The translations under genes and the position numbers were made by a program. A DNA stretch of 64,000 nt from Flavobacteriales bacterium. Its GTDB lineage: Bacteria; Bacteroidota; Bacteroidia; Flavobacteriales_F; PHOS-HE28. Below, piece after piece: positions 46,418 to 57,200 of this stretch (the stretch's first letter is position 1; each line of letters starts with the position of its first letter). The DNA lies in NCBI GenBank assembly GCA_016787985.1, contig JAEUTC010000043.1:17145-81144 (forward strand). The letters are read 5' to 3'. The notes under the pieces were generated by a model. The model worked only from the letters and a program-made list of their open reading frames with translations, was not told the origin of the DNA and ran no database searches.

Positions 46418-48013
46418 ATGACATCAAGTTCTTCCTGGTCTCACTACATCTGCCCAGAAGCTCAGAGTCCAAGTGAGTGGATTCTTGAGACTCTAGTCAA
46501 AATTGCAAGGAAACGCTTTCCCAGCTATAAGTACAAGGACTTAAAGAGAGATGCCCATCTCGGTTACTTCGCGGACTACTTCTCAAGTCAATCTAGGTTC
46601 ATCGCGGCAACAATCATATGTGAGCACGAATATCACAGTGTGAGCTATGCGAGTGACTATTCGAGGTATTATAGTCAAGCGCATCGCAACATTGAGAAGA
46701 AAGTTGCTCGGATTCACTTCTTCTCAGAACGTCTTCCTCGTAAAACTATAATTGATTCGTTAGGTACAGCAAATTTTAAAACGTACGTCGCAGAGAATTA
46801 TCTTGGTCATATAACGCTGAAGCCCATTCTAAACTCACTTGTAGGAGCCTCTATAGTCAAGACATACCCACAAACGAAAGCCAGATTTTTTTCCGTTGTA
46901 CGGAACTATACCGTCAATCTCTTTGGAGAAGACATTAATTTAAAATCACTTGTATTCCAACAACAAGATGGCGCGGTAAGCGCATGTGCCACTGCTGCAC
47001 TATGGATGGCCTTCCACAAAACACATCTTGATTTCAGACATGCACTGCATACACCTCACGAAATCACATCACTAGCAGGCTATGGGGACGGTGTTGGTCG
47101 AAACTTTCCCAGCACAGGACTTGATGTAAACCAAATTATTTCCGCAATAGCTGCCCATGGCCTCGACCCTGAGTTGCGCACTCGAAACAAGTTTAAGACT
47201 ACATATCTGAAAGACGACCAACTCGTCACAGAGTCGGTGCTTGAACCCATTTTCCTAAAACGATTCGCATATTCATACCTATCAGCTCAAATACCAGTGC
47301 TACTTGGCTTCAACTATGGTACTGCGTATCACCTAGTCACACTAAACGGATACCGTTTTGTTGATGACGAGAAAGAAATTATGTCCTTGAATCATGTCAA
47401 AGACGACCATCCAATGATAGCTGATTATTTATGCCGACTTTATTGTCATGATGATCAAATTGGCCCTTTCGCTCGAATTGGTTTTCCTCAGTATTTTCCG
47501 AATGCAATTTCTTTCATGCAGGAAAGCAAAATAGCTTACCCCAGAGTTTTGATTGTGCCTTTGCAAACTAGTATAAGAGTGAATTATAATGACATTAGCG
47601 ATGTAGTGCGATGGACACATCTTCAATATAAAGTGCCGGGGCAGCCAACGCCATATATATGGGATATTAGACTCCTCCGCAGTAATGACTACAAAAGGAC
47701 AGCATGCCGCAATCGAGGAATTTTACCATCGATTCGAGAAAAAATCGTAACCGCCTCATTGCCTAAATATGTTTGGGTTGCCTCCCAATACGCTGCGACA
47801 GATTTGCAACACCCTCTAATGGACATGGTATTTGATTCAACTGGCACTCGTGGTGCCTTCTGTTGTGACATGATTCATTTCTATAGTCCTGCCCAAGCAA
47901 ATCTGGCTCGAAGAGTATTTGAACAGGTACTAGCAAGTAGTAAGGATGACTACCCCGACTTTTATGCAGACATGATCGTCGAGTCCGCAACGAAACACCT
48001 TGCAAACACATGA
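46418..48013 (+). CDS. 531-aa multidomain protein with a central C39/papain-like cysteine peptidase-type signature
   Basis: Gln-x6-Cys motif FQQQDGAVSACATAALWMAF (Cys190) and YHLVTLNGYRFVDDE...NHVKDD (His305, Asp316/317), spaced as in the C39 and BtrH-like papain fold; unknown flanking domains of about 180 aa. Confidence 0.7.
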   Translation: MTSSSSWSHYICPEAQSPSEWILETLVKIARKRFPSYKYKDLKRDAHLGYFADYFSSQSRFIAATIICEHEYHSVSYASDYSRYYSQAHRNIEKKVARIHFFSERLPRKTIIDSLGTANFKTYVAENYLGHITLKPILNSLVGASIVKTYPQTKARFFSVVRNYTVNLFGEDINLKSLVFQQQDGAVSACATAALWMAFHKTHLDFRHALHTPHEITSLAGYGDGVGRNFPSTGLDVNQIISAIAAHGLDPELRTRNKFKTTYLKDDQLVTESVLEPIFLKRFAYSYLSAQIPVLLGFNYGTAYHLVTLNGYRFVDDEKEIMSLNHVKDDHPMIADYLCRLYCHDDQIGPFARIGFPQYFPNAISFMQESKIAYPRVLIVPLQTSIRVNYNDISDVVRWTHLQYKVPGQPTPYIWDIRLLRSNDYKRTACRNRGILPSIREKIVTASLPKYVWVASQYAATDLQHPLMDMVFDSTGTRGAFCCDMIHFYSPAQANLARRVFEQVLASSKDDYPDFYADMIVESATKHLANT

Positions 48014-48732
48014 ACTACCTGGCAAAATATCAAGGAGCAACCAAATCATGGGTGCATGAGCCCGTATCAAATGAAAGACTAGTTGAAGACCTACCTGAGT
48101 TGCTGAGTAAGGTGAATAGAGACCTCGACTTTGTCTGTATGTTCAATGGTGGTGATTGGAGTGAGCTCAATTTAGTGCTTCAGAATCCAGAGTTTCAAAA
48201 GGAGCTGCATGAAATAAGCAAGAATAAAGTTCTCTTTGTTCATCTCGTTATGAAAGGCCGAAATGATACTGGAGAGCGATTCGGCGATTTGGCACAAATC
48301 GAATTCGGCGATGACAGTAGAGCCGAATTTTGGCGAGCCTTTCTGGCGAAGAATTTTAAAGATCGGGCAGGTTCTTACATAGAGGAAATGTCTGACCTTC
48401 TAAGCAGGCCGTCAATCGCAATTTTTCGATTGTTCCGTAACTTGGATTCTAACGAAGCTCAGAGTATTGAAGATGCATTTGTACAGCCATTAATGCCAGT
48501 TTCGCGGGCAGCATACGAGAGAGACCCACTTAAGGTAGACGACATTTATGAATCCACTCTGGAGTACTTCAAGCTCATTAATGATCAAATCATTAGTGAC
48601 CAGCAACATTGGCAGGACATGAAAAAAAGAGAAGATATGCGCACATGGCTGGAGCCCCTAATCAAGAACACCCCAAAGGGGGTAAGTCTCTCAAAAATAA
48701 TTGTAATGAGCGCTTCTCAGTTCTTTGGATAA
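48010..48732 (+). CDS. hypothetical 240-aa protein, translationally coupled (ATGA overlap) to the peptidase-like gene
   Basis: ORF with a 4-nt overlap onto the upstream stop; acidic, no recognisable motif. Confidence 0.6.
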   Translation: MNYLAKYQGATKSWVHEPVSNERLVEDLPELLSKVNRDLDFVCMFNGGDWSELNLVLQNPEFQKELHEISKNKVLFVHLVMKGRNDTGERFGDLAQIEFGDDSRAEFWRAFLAKNFKDRAGSYIEEMSDLLSRPSIAIFRLFRNLDSNEAQSIEDAFVQPLMPVSRAAYERDPLKVDDIYESTLEYFKLINDQIISDQQHWQDMKKREDMRTWLEPLIKNTPKGVSLSKIIVMSASQFFG

Positions 48733-48998
48733 ATGTGAGTACAGGCTTCCTCATTTCTTGGCTGTAAACTTCACAAAGGTTCGGCCAAGTGATAGCCGGG
48801 TGGCCGGAGGGTGCCCCGTTAATCCAAGTCTCATTCAAAAAGGGTACTCAAAACACCACTTTGGAAAGAAGAAAGGTTGTCAAAGAACAACTTTGGCTGA
48901 TTCAGGGTGGACAAGAGTAGAACCAATTGCTAGTTAACTCAATTTATGGCTGTGCGATGTACGTTAATGCATGATGCACACACTAAAAGTAATTCATG

Positions 48999-49073
48999 TG
49001 GGCAATGCCGGATTCGAACCAGCGACCCCTACCTTGTCGAGGTAGTGCTCTGAACCAGCTGAGCTAATTGCCC
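48999..49073 (-). tRNA. tRNA-Val (anticodon GAC); CCA not encoded; anticodon loop reads UCGACAA (C at position 33)
   Basis: Cloverleaf drawn by hand: acceptor GGGCAAT/ATTGCCC, D-arm GCTC/GAGC, anticodon stem CTACC/GGTAG, T-arm GCTGG-TTCGAAT-CCGGC, discriminator A. Overall very similar to E. coli tRNA-Val(GAC). Confidence 0.85.
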
Positions 49074-49189
49074 GTTCCCTGCGGAGGGCGGCAAATATAT
49101 GGTTCTGTGCCGGATTTGCGGCCCCTTGGTCCGATTTCTGATGGTCCGTCCGTGCACATCCTGATCGGGATCAGTCAGGTTGTGGTGCG

Positions 49190-49855
49190 TTGGCGCTAGT
49201 TTTGCGCCCGAAAGCCATGCCACCAGCCAAAGCAGCCACCAGCGGTAGGATCTTCCAGAATCCTGTTCTGGAAGCGCTCACCAAGACCCACATCGCCGTT
49301 CCCTTGACCATTTTCTTCGGTCTTGGCGCCGTTTCCGGGTATTTCTCGGTACATGTCATGGGGTTCTCGGTGCTCAACACCGTATCCATGTACTTGGTCG
49401 GTGCGCTTTTCTTCACCTTCATCGAGTACATCGCCCATCGCAAGTTGTACCACATGGGCACCTCAGGTAGTGAGCGGAAAGCCCGCATTCAGTACATCAT
49501 GCATGGCGTGCACCACGATCATCCGCGCGATAAGAAACGCCTGGCCCTCCCGCCCGTCGTTTCCGTGGTGCTGGCCACCCTGTTCATGGGCTTGTTCCGC
49601 TTGGTGCTCGGCCCCAGCGGCATTGCCTTCGGTGGTGGGTTCATGACCGGCTACGCCACCTATTTGATGGTCCACTACGCGGTGCATACCATGAATCCGC
49701 CCAAGAACATCTTCGGCGTGCTCTGGAAGCACCATAACCTGCACCACTATGTGGGCGACAAAGGCGCTTTTGGTGTGAGTTCGCCCCTTTGGGACTACGT
49801 CTTCGGTACCATGCCCGAGGACCCCAAGGCCGGTCGCCGTCCGGTTTCGGCCTGA
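49190..49855 (+). CDS. fatty acid hydroxylase superfamily (sterol-desaturase-like) membrane protein
   Basis: 221 aa; the His boxes HRKLYH, HGVHHDHP and HHNLHHY; start may be the internal ATG at 49217. Confidence 0.8.
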   Translation: MALVLRPKAMPPAKAATSGRIFQNPVLEALTKTHIAVPLTIFFGLGAVSGYFSVHVMGFSVLNTVSMYLVGALFFTFIEYIAHRKLYHMGTSGSERKARIQYIMHGVHHDHPRDKKRLALPPVVSVVLATLFMGLFRLVLGPSGIAFGGGFMTGYATYLMVHYAVHTMNPPKNIFGVLWKHHNLHHYVGDKGAFGVSSPLWDYVFGTMPEDPKAGRRPVSA

Positions 49856-49862
49856 TCCCGCC

Positions 49863-50678
49863 ATGCAGGCTGCACGCTTCGGGCTTTGGAGCTTGCGACC
49901 TGGAGCACGAGGTTGGTTCTTTCTGGTGCCGCTGTTCGGCCTGATCACGGCGTGCGGCGAACCCGATACCACCGGGATCCTCCTCATCGGCCATGGCGGC
50001 CTAGGGCCCGATGCCCCCCACCCTATGAACAGCCAAGAAGCTTTTGTGGGGGCTTTGGAACAGGGCTTGGACGGCGTGGAGATCGATGTGCAACTGACCA
50101 AGGACTCTCAGCTGGTGGCCCACCATGATCACGCCCTGAGCAGCAACGGCTGTTCGGGTCGCATCCACGACCATACCTGGAAGGAATTACAGATGTGTGA
50201 ACAGTCCGAGCAGGCCGAGGGTGCTTTCCATGGCGTGCAGGTCCCATCGTTGATCGAGGAGCTTCAACGTCGCTTTCCCAAAGCACACTACACCCTGGAT
50301 GTGAAACTGAATAGCGGGGCCGATTGGTGGAGCTACCTGCACACAACCGCCCGCGCCATCGCACGCCTACATGCACAGCTGGGATCTAAGGACAACCTCA
50401 CGGTGGAATGTCGTACGCCGGATCTCCTGCGCGCCATGGCCGAAAGCGCCCCTGGCGTGCCTTACCACTTGATCACCGAGGATGTGTCGAAGGACCTTTC
50501 GACCGCTGTGGCTCTCGGGTGCGCGGGCATTACGGTACAAGCGGATGCAGTGGATGCCGATGAGGCAGCGGCCATCCACGAAGCCGGTCTCGCATTGACG
50601 CTGTATGGAGTGGGATCTCCCTGGAGCTTGAAGCGTGCGATCGCCCTCAAGCCTGAAGCCATCCAAGTGGACCTTTAA
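49863..50678 (+). CDS. glycerophosphodiester phosphodiesterase family lipoprotein
   Basis: 271 aa; lipobox ITACG; the GHGG...PHPMNSQEAF...GLDGVEIDVQLTKDSQLVAHHD GDPD-fold motifs. Confidence 0.7.
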   Translation: MQAARFGLWSLRPGARGWFFLVPLFGLITACGEPDTTGILLIGHGGLGPDAPHPMNSQEAFVGALEQGLDGVEIDVQLTKDSQLVAHHDHALSSNGCSGRIHDHTWKELQMCEQSEQAEGAFHGVQVPSLIEELQRRFPKAHYTLDVKLNSGADWWSYLHTTARAIARLHAQLGSKDNLTVECRTPDLLRAMAESAPGVPYHLITEDVSKDLSTAVALGCAGITVQADAVDADEAAAIHEAGLALTLYGVGSPWSLKRAIALKPEAIQVDL

Positions 50679-50681
50679 CGC

Positions 50682-52454
50682 TCACTGCGCTCGGATGAGG
50701 CGCAGGTCTTCCTGTTCGAGCATGATGGCATACTCGTTCCTGAATCCGTTCTCCGCACCGGTGCGGCTCATTCGGAAACCCATGTGCAACGGCTCCGTGC
50801 GCACCTGGTCGAAATGCTCAGCGAATCCAAGCCCTTCGGAGAGGAGCGCTTTGAGGTAGAAGAAGGTGACATCGAATCCCAGCAACGCGTACTCGTCCAC
50901 ATCGGTCTTGTACCGCTCGCGATAGGCCGTGGTGAAATCGAGCACTCGCGGGTCGGTTGGATCGAAGAAAATTCCGGCCGCGTAGGTGAAGTCCAAGACC
51001 TCAAGGTCCGTGATGGATACCGACGGCATGCCATACCATGACTCCATTCCGACCAAGCGGATCTTGTGTTTGGTGGCCATCCCTTTCAACTTCGTCACCA
51101 GCGCGGTCACGAACTCCACGTCCTCGCTCGGGGCCACGATCACATTGAGTCGGCCGGCGTCCAATTTGCTCATCAGATCCGCGAAATCGCGCTTACCGGG
51201 CTTGGCGACCAACACCGAATCACGCAACCGTTCACTGCGCTGCACCAAGACCTCGTTCAAGGCCACACGCACCTGGTCCTGGGTCTCCTTTTCATTGGCG
51301 ATCTCCGGACGGAGCAGGATCACGTTCGAGGCGGCGTACTTGTTGGCCACATAACGGGCTGCATGCTTCACCAGATCGGAGCGTGTGGGCACCACCTTGC
51401 TCACCGTAGGCATCCCCAGGATCACCTTATTGCTTTGCTGCACCGGACACACGATGTGCGCGCGCTGATTGGTGCGCGCGAGCTGCTCGATGGCAGTGCG
51501 ATGGAATGGGCCGATGAAGAGGTCGTACTCCTGGATCTCGGGCTTGCGGATCACGGTGTTCCAATCCTTCAGACCATCACCCATGTCCACCACGTCCACG
51601 TCGGCGTGCAGGCCGATCTTCCGCAGTGAATCGATGGCCATGCGGGCACCGTTATGGAACTGGATGGCCACACGGGTGGGTTCGTAGTAGGTGGCCTTTT
51701 CGCCGGAGGTCGCTCGGGAGAGCACGCTATCGTTGCGTTGGATGGAGAACGGGAGCAGCATGGCCACCTTGTAGCGCATGTGCTCCTTGATCCGCACCAA
51801 CGGCTCCGCCGGGCTTTCCTCCTCCACCGCGCTGGGTATGATGATCGAGGCACCCGTCTTCAACCCTTCGGGCAATCCTCCGTTGGCTGCGCGGATGGCT
51901 TCGGGGTCAACACCATAGCGCTTGCCCAACCCGAACAAAGTCTCGCCCGGCTGCACCGTGTGGTCGCCACCGGTGCCCGGCGTAGCTGGAAGCAAGGCTT
52001 TCGGCGGCGCACCACCCACCTTCGCCACCGGGATGATCAGTTCCATTCCCTCCTTCAATGTCAACCCCGCCGGATTGCGCTCGAGCAATTGGTTGATATC
52101 CACATTGTACAGCCTGGAGATCCCGAAGAGCGTCTCCTTCTTGCGGACCACGTGCACCAGTTCGCCATCGTTCCGCAGTACCGGCGCCGACTTCAACTCC
52201 TTCTTCACCACGGCATCCAGCGGTATGAGCACTTCCTCTCCGATGCTGAGTCCATCTTGCGCCGAAGGGTTGGAGGCGAGCAACACGTCCACCGGCACCG
52301 CCTTGGCCCGTGCGATCCCGAAAAGCGTTTGACCGGCTTCCACCACATGCACCGCATACTTGCGGCCGTTCAGCACGCGCTGCTCCTGTGCCAGGGATGC
52401 CAAAGCCTGGCAGGCACAGAAAAGAAAGGTCACGATGCGGAAGTTCACTCCCAT
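50682..52454 (-). CDS. LysM-repeat protein (3 LysM) fused to a periplasmic-binding-protein-like domain
   Basis: About 590 aa from [23 protein letters not shown]; three LysM units (..GQTLFGIA.., ..[17 protein letters not shown].., ..[14 protein letters not shown]..); the C-terminal roughly 350 aa is PBP type 1-like. The track ORF's 5' extension overlaps guaA. Confidence 0.75.
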   Translation of the reverse strand: MGVNFRIVTFLFCACQALASLAQEQRVLNGRKYAVHVVEAGQTLFGIARAKAVPVDVLLASNPSAQDGLSIGEEVLIPLDAVVKKELKSAPVLRNDGELVHVVRKKETLFGISRLYNVDINQLLERNPAGLTLKEGMELIIPVAKVGGAPPKALLPATPGTGGDHTVQPGETLFGLGKRYGVDPEAIRAANGGLPEGLKTGASIIIPSAVEEESPAEPLVRIKEHMRYKVAMLLPFSIQRNDSVLSRATSGEKATYYEPTRVAIQFHNGARMAIDSLRKIGLHADVDVVDMGDGLKDWNTVIRKPEIQEYDLFIGPFHRTAIEQLARTNQRAHIVCPVQQSNKVILGMPTVSKVVPTRSDLVKHAARYVANKYAASNVILLRPEIANEKETQDQVRVALNEVLVQRSERLRDSVLVAKPGKRDFADLMSKLDAGRLNVIVAPSEDVEFVTALVTKLKGMATKHKIRLVGMESWYGMPSVSITDLEVLDFTYAAGIFFDPTDPRVLDFTTAYRERYKTDVDEYALLGFDVTFFYLKALLSEGLGFAEHFDQVRTEPLHMGFRMSRTGAENGFRNEYAIMLEQEDLRLIRAQ

Positions 52455-54046
52455 TCGATGGTGGCCGGTGGTTTGGAACTGATGTCGTACACGACGCGGT
52501 TTACGCCGCGCACCCGGTTGATGATGCTGTTCGAGATCCGTGCCAGGAATTCGTACGGGAGGTGACACCAATCGGCGGTCATGCCATCGGTGCTGCTCAC
52601 GGCACGCAGGGCCACGGCGTTCTCGTAGGTGCGTTCATCGCCCATCACCCCCACGCTGCGGACCGGAAGCAGGATGGCACCCGCCTGCCACACCTGATCG
52701 TACAACCCCTCGTCGCGCAGGCCTTGGATGAAGATGTGATCCACTTCCTGAAGCAAGGCGACCTTTTCTGGGGTGATCTCGCCCAGGATGCGGATGGCGA
52801 GACCTGGGCCCGGGAAGGGATGCCTGCCGAGGATATTCGGATCAAGGTTCAGCTCCCGCCCTACCCGGCGCACTTCATCCTTAAAAAGTAGGCGCAGGGG
52901 CTCCACCACTTTCAGGTTCATGCGTTCAGGCAATCCACCTACGTTATGGTGGCTCTTGATGGTGACGCTGGGTCCGTTCACGCTCACGCTCTCGATCACA
53001 TCGGGGTAGATCGTGCCTTGGCCCAACCACTTCACGTCCTTGATCCGGTGGGCCTCCCGATCGAACACTTCGATGAAGGTCCTGCCGATGGCTTTGCGCT
53101 TGGCTTCGGGTTCCTCCAGACCTTTAAGGGCCGCATAGAACTCGTTCCGGGCATCCACCCCGGTGATGTTGAGACCCAGGTGCCGGTAGCTCTCGAGCAC
53201 TCTTGTGTATTCATCTTTCCGGAGCAAGCCATTGTCCACGAAAATGCAATGGAGCCTGTCGCCTATGGCCCTATCCAGCAAGAGGGCAGCCACCGAGCTG
53301 TCCACCCCACCGCTCAAGGCCAGCACCACCTGATCTTCGCCGAGCTGGCGTTGCAGGCTGGCCACGGTGCTCTCCACGAACCCGTGGGGGGTCCAATCGC
53401 CGTCGCAGCCGCAGATGCCGATCACGAAATTGTGGAGCAGCTGCAGTCCATCGGTGCTGTGGTACACCTCGGGGTGGAACTGGACGGCATAGGTGGGTGT
53501 TCCGAGCAGCTTGTAGGCGGCCACGGCCACCTCGGGGGTGCTGGCGATCACCTCCATGGCCTCGCTGGGTGCGGTAATGGTATCGCCGTGGCTCATCCAG
53601 ACCTGCGAACCGGCCTCGATGCCATCGAAGAGCTCATTCTGGGCGATGGTGGTGAGGTGGGCACGGCCATATTCCCGCACCTTGCTACGCTCCACCGGAG
53701 CTCCTGCCCGTTTAGCGAGCAATTGAGCCCCGTAACAGACGGCCAGTATCGGCAACCGACCAAGGAAGCCATTGATGTCGGTATCCGGCGCGTTCGGCTC
53801 ATGCACGCTGCTGGGGCTGCCACTGAGGATGACCCCGGCGATGTCCGGATCGTTCGCGAACTGTTGTGCCTTGGAGAAGGGATGGATCTCGCAGTACACA
53901 TTCAGCTCGCGTACACGCCTGGCAATGAGCTGAGTATACTGGGAGCCATGATCGAGGATGAGGATGGAGCGCGGCACCGTGGAGCGGCCCAGGATTGAAC
54001 AGCCCGGGGGGCTAAAAGTAGCCTTCGGCCGGGGTACGCTCCGCAT
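52445..54046 (-). CDS. guaA: GMP synthase (glutamine-hydrolysing)
   Basis: GATase domain ([27 protein letters not shown]), ATP-PPase P-loop (LSGGVDSSV) and C-terminal ...ATIEWE; the exact start is uncertain (possibly a GTG downstream of 54046). Confidence 0.9.
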   Translation of the reverse strand: MRSVPRPKATFSPPGCSILGRSTVPRSILILDHGSQYTQLIARRVRELNVYCEIHPFSKAQQFANDPDIAGVILSGSPSSVHEPNAPDTDINGFLGRLPILAVCYGAQLLAKRAGAPVERSKVREYGRAHLTTIAQNELFDGIEAGSQVWMSHGDTITAPSEAMEVIASTPEVAVAAYKLLGTPTYAVQFHPEVYHSTDGLQLLHNFVIGICGCDGDWTPHGFVESTVASLQRQLGEDQVVLALSGGVDSSVAALLLDRAIGDRLHCIFVDNGLLRKDEYTRVLESYRHLGLNITGVDARNEFYAALKGLEEPEAKRKAIGRTFIEVFDREAHRIKDVKWLGQGTIYPDVIESVSVNGPSVTIKSHHNVGGLPERMNLKVVEPLRLLFKDEVRRVGRELNLDPNILGRHPFPGPGLAIRILGEITPEKVALLQEVDHIFIQGLRDEGLYDQVWQAGAILLPVRSVGVMGDERTYENAVALRAVSSTDGMTADWCHLPYEFLARISNSIINRVRGVNRVVYDISSKPPATIEWE

Positions 54047-54271
54047 CGAACAGAATGCGCGATCGATCGTGGAAAACGGGGCGGTCCCGGAGGCATCGAA
54101 GGGGGGCTACTCCACGTCTAAAGGACAGGTACGATAAGGGAGACTGTGGCAACCGGATCGGTGAACGGCACCAATGAAGTCATCAACAGCCGGTTGTTCG
54201 TATCCCGGATCGTGCGATCTTTGCCCATAGATGGTGTCTCCAATGACGCAGGCACCTTGAACGACCAGAAC

Positions 54272-57200
54272 ATGACCATGGGTAGCACCACACGTGCCAT
54301 CTTCCTTTCGGTTCTGTTCGGGCTGGTATCCCTCTCCCTACACGCCCAGCAGTTGCTGGATGATTTCAACCGCGCGGCGGACAACGTCGTAGGTGGAGGT
54401 TGGACGGAAACGGAGACGTCCTCTCCCACAGGCGCGCGCATCAATAGTGCGGGACAGCTGGAAATGGGCAGTACGACCCAAGGACGGGATTATGTGTCCC
54501 AGGACATCACGGGGCTATATGGCACCACGTTCGGTACCAATTCGTGCTTATTGACATGGTCTTTCTTCTTCCGACAAAGTCGAACAGACCCCAGTGGTTA
54601 TGCGCTCGGCGAGTACGCTGCGGCTTTCGTATTGGGTGCCACTACGGCCAATCTCAACACGGTGAGCAACGGCTATGCTGTGGTATTCGGTCAGAGCGGC
54701 TCCACTGACCCGATCCGATTGGTCCGTTTTGCTGGAGGTCTGTCGGGCACCTTGACCAACGTGATAACCGGCACGGGCGCCGGAGCGGATCTTGGGGCAG
54801 GTTACTATGGCGTGCGGGTGACATACGCACCAGCAACGAACACATGGACGTTGTACTTGGCCGTCCTTACGGCCGGAACATTTTCCAGCACCGCGCCAGC
54901 GGCCATTACCACATCGGTCGGATCGGCGGCCAACGCGTTCTACACCGGCACCAACCTTCCCTTTATCGGGGCCTACTGGAACCATGCGACCTCGGGCACT
55001 GATGCTGCCATATTCGACAATATCCACGTTCCTCAGCTCTGCATCCCCACGGTGAACCTCACCTCCACAGCAGGATCGGCAGGCGAGAACGTTGGTACCG
55101 TCACTGTGAATATCAGCATCTTCCCGGCAACGCTTACCGGAGGCAACATCGTGGTCACGGTGACCAATGGAACTGGGGTCGTGTATGGCGCTGGCAACGA
55201 CTACACCACGACCCCCGCCGTGGTCGGTACGGACATCACCATACCGGTCCTGGCCGGTGCTACGACCGCCTCCTTCACGATAGCAGTGAACGACGATGCG
55301 CTCGATGAAGGCAACGAGTTGATCTCCTTCGCCTTGAGCGCCACCACAGGTGACCTCGTTCTTGGATCGACGTTGGACTACGAACAGACCATCATCGACA
55401 ACGATGGTCCTCCGCAGATCAACTTCACCACGCTGAGTCAAACAAGGCTTGAGACTTCTGGAGGTTCGGTGGTGTTCAACCTCAGCATCAGTCCTCCCGC
55501 ACCGTCGGCGGGCAATGTCACGTTCAGTGTGACCCCGGGGATCGGTGCCGTTTGTGGCGTCGGACAGGATTATCAGGTACAAGGGTTCGCGTGTCCGACC
55601 CCCACGTTCACGGTCGCGATCCTTGCAGGGGCCACGAGTTTATCGTTCACCGTGAATTACTACGACGATGTGATGATCGTGGAGCCCACGGAGGATGTCA
55701 CCTTCACCATTACGAACACACCTTGGGGCGTAGGGGGCATCGGGGCGGCCAATTCCGGAGTGCTGTTCATCGCGGATAATGATTCCCCACCAACGGTGCT
55801 TGCTGCAGGAGACATCCTCATCGTAGGTGTGAACGCGAACAACGGAGCATGCCCCGGTGGTTCTACGGGTGAGGATTTCGTCAGCTTCTTCTCATTCAAG
55901 CCCATTCAGTTCGGCACACGGATCATCCTTACGGATAATGGGTATGAACGATGCACGCCTGGCCTATGGGGCAACACCGAAGGAACGGTGGAGATCCGAC
56001 GTACCGGTCCTGCAATACCGGCCGGTCAAGTCGTGACGATTAGGATCACCGGGACCAGTGGCACAGGCAATGTGATCGGCGTGGCGCCGGATGCGAATTG
56101 GACGTGCTCTTCGCTCAATGGAGGGACCTCTCTGGCACTTAATGTCGGTGGCGACCAACTGTTCTTCATGCAGGGTGGAACGTGGAACACGAATACCGTC
56201 GGCGGGAACAACGCCACGTACACGGGAACCGTGGTCTACGGATTCAGCACGAACCCAAGCTTCCCTTGGAGCCAAACGTGTCCTAGCCCAGCCGGCAACC
56301 AACGAAGCAATCTTCCACCTGGGATGAATTGTTTTAGCATGTCCCCCACCCTCGCTTCGGACTTTAACAAGTACATCGGTCCGTTGACGATCGCCTCCCA
56401 GCGCGATTGGATCATACGGCTTGACAATACGGCCAATTGGAGCACCTACGCGAATTGTGGCGCGTACAACAGTGCGTTGCCGAATTGGCTGCTCTCGCCG
56501 ACCCTACCCATCGCTCCAGGAACGCCAACACCTGGGCTGTGGAAGGGAAGCACCGCTCCCACAGGCACCGATTGGTTCGATTGTAAGAACTGGGACGACG
56601 CCACGGTGCCCACCCCAACCACCAACGTAAGGATCGACGAGACCGCGAACAACAACTGCGTCGTTGGTGTGACGGCTGGTGGGAACGCTGTTTGTGCAAG
56701 TTTGGTCCAAACCAACTTCGGCACGGCTCGGAACCTCACCATCCAGAATAACAGCAGTTTGGCGGTCGGGGGCCCCATTACGGTGCAGCGCACCAGCGCC
56801 GGCACTCCGATCTTCCTGACCGTTCTTGGGAACAGCACCCTCACTGCGACGAACTTCACGATACAAGGCACCGCGGCGAATGAGGCTCGCTTCGTGAACG
56901 AAGTTCCAGGGAACACCGTCTCCTTCTCCGGCGACCTCACCATCGGCACGGGTGGTTTCGTGGACCTCGCCGGGGCTGGTGTGGGCGGCACCATCTCCAT
57001 CGCAGGGAACTACAGCAATGCTGGACCCACGGAGGCCACCTTGGATGAGACCTTCGGGACCTTGCGGTTCAACGGACTCGGCTCCCAGAGCATTTCCACC
57101 AGTGGATTCCAGGAGGTGATGACGAACCTTTCGTTGAACAAGGCTGGCGGTAGCCTCACGTTGAATGCTCCGGTAGCGCTGCGCGGCGTGCTCACGCTCA

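Larger units (their letters stand above)
45650..48998. mobile_element. putative genomic islet (low G+C, about 40-45% by eye) inserted next to the 3' end of tRNA-Val; no integrase present
   Basis: Abrupt compositional shift versus roughly 60%+ flanks; ends within about 10 bp of the tRNA 3' end; carries a co-directional three-gene operon with its own promoter. Confidence 0.5.

Noticed and set aside
48725-48937. 70-aa ORF between the islet operon and the tRNA
   Set aside because: Short and AT-rich with no support; likely a non-coding spacer or att region.
52946-53998. 350-aa plus-strand ORF
   Set aside because: Antisense to guaA, which is unambiguous.
54548-55582. 344-aa minus-strand ORF
   Set aside because: Antisense to the Calx-beta giant gene; rich in R, G, C and D with no motifs.
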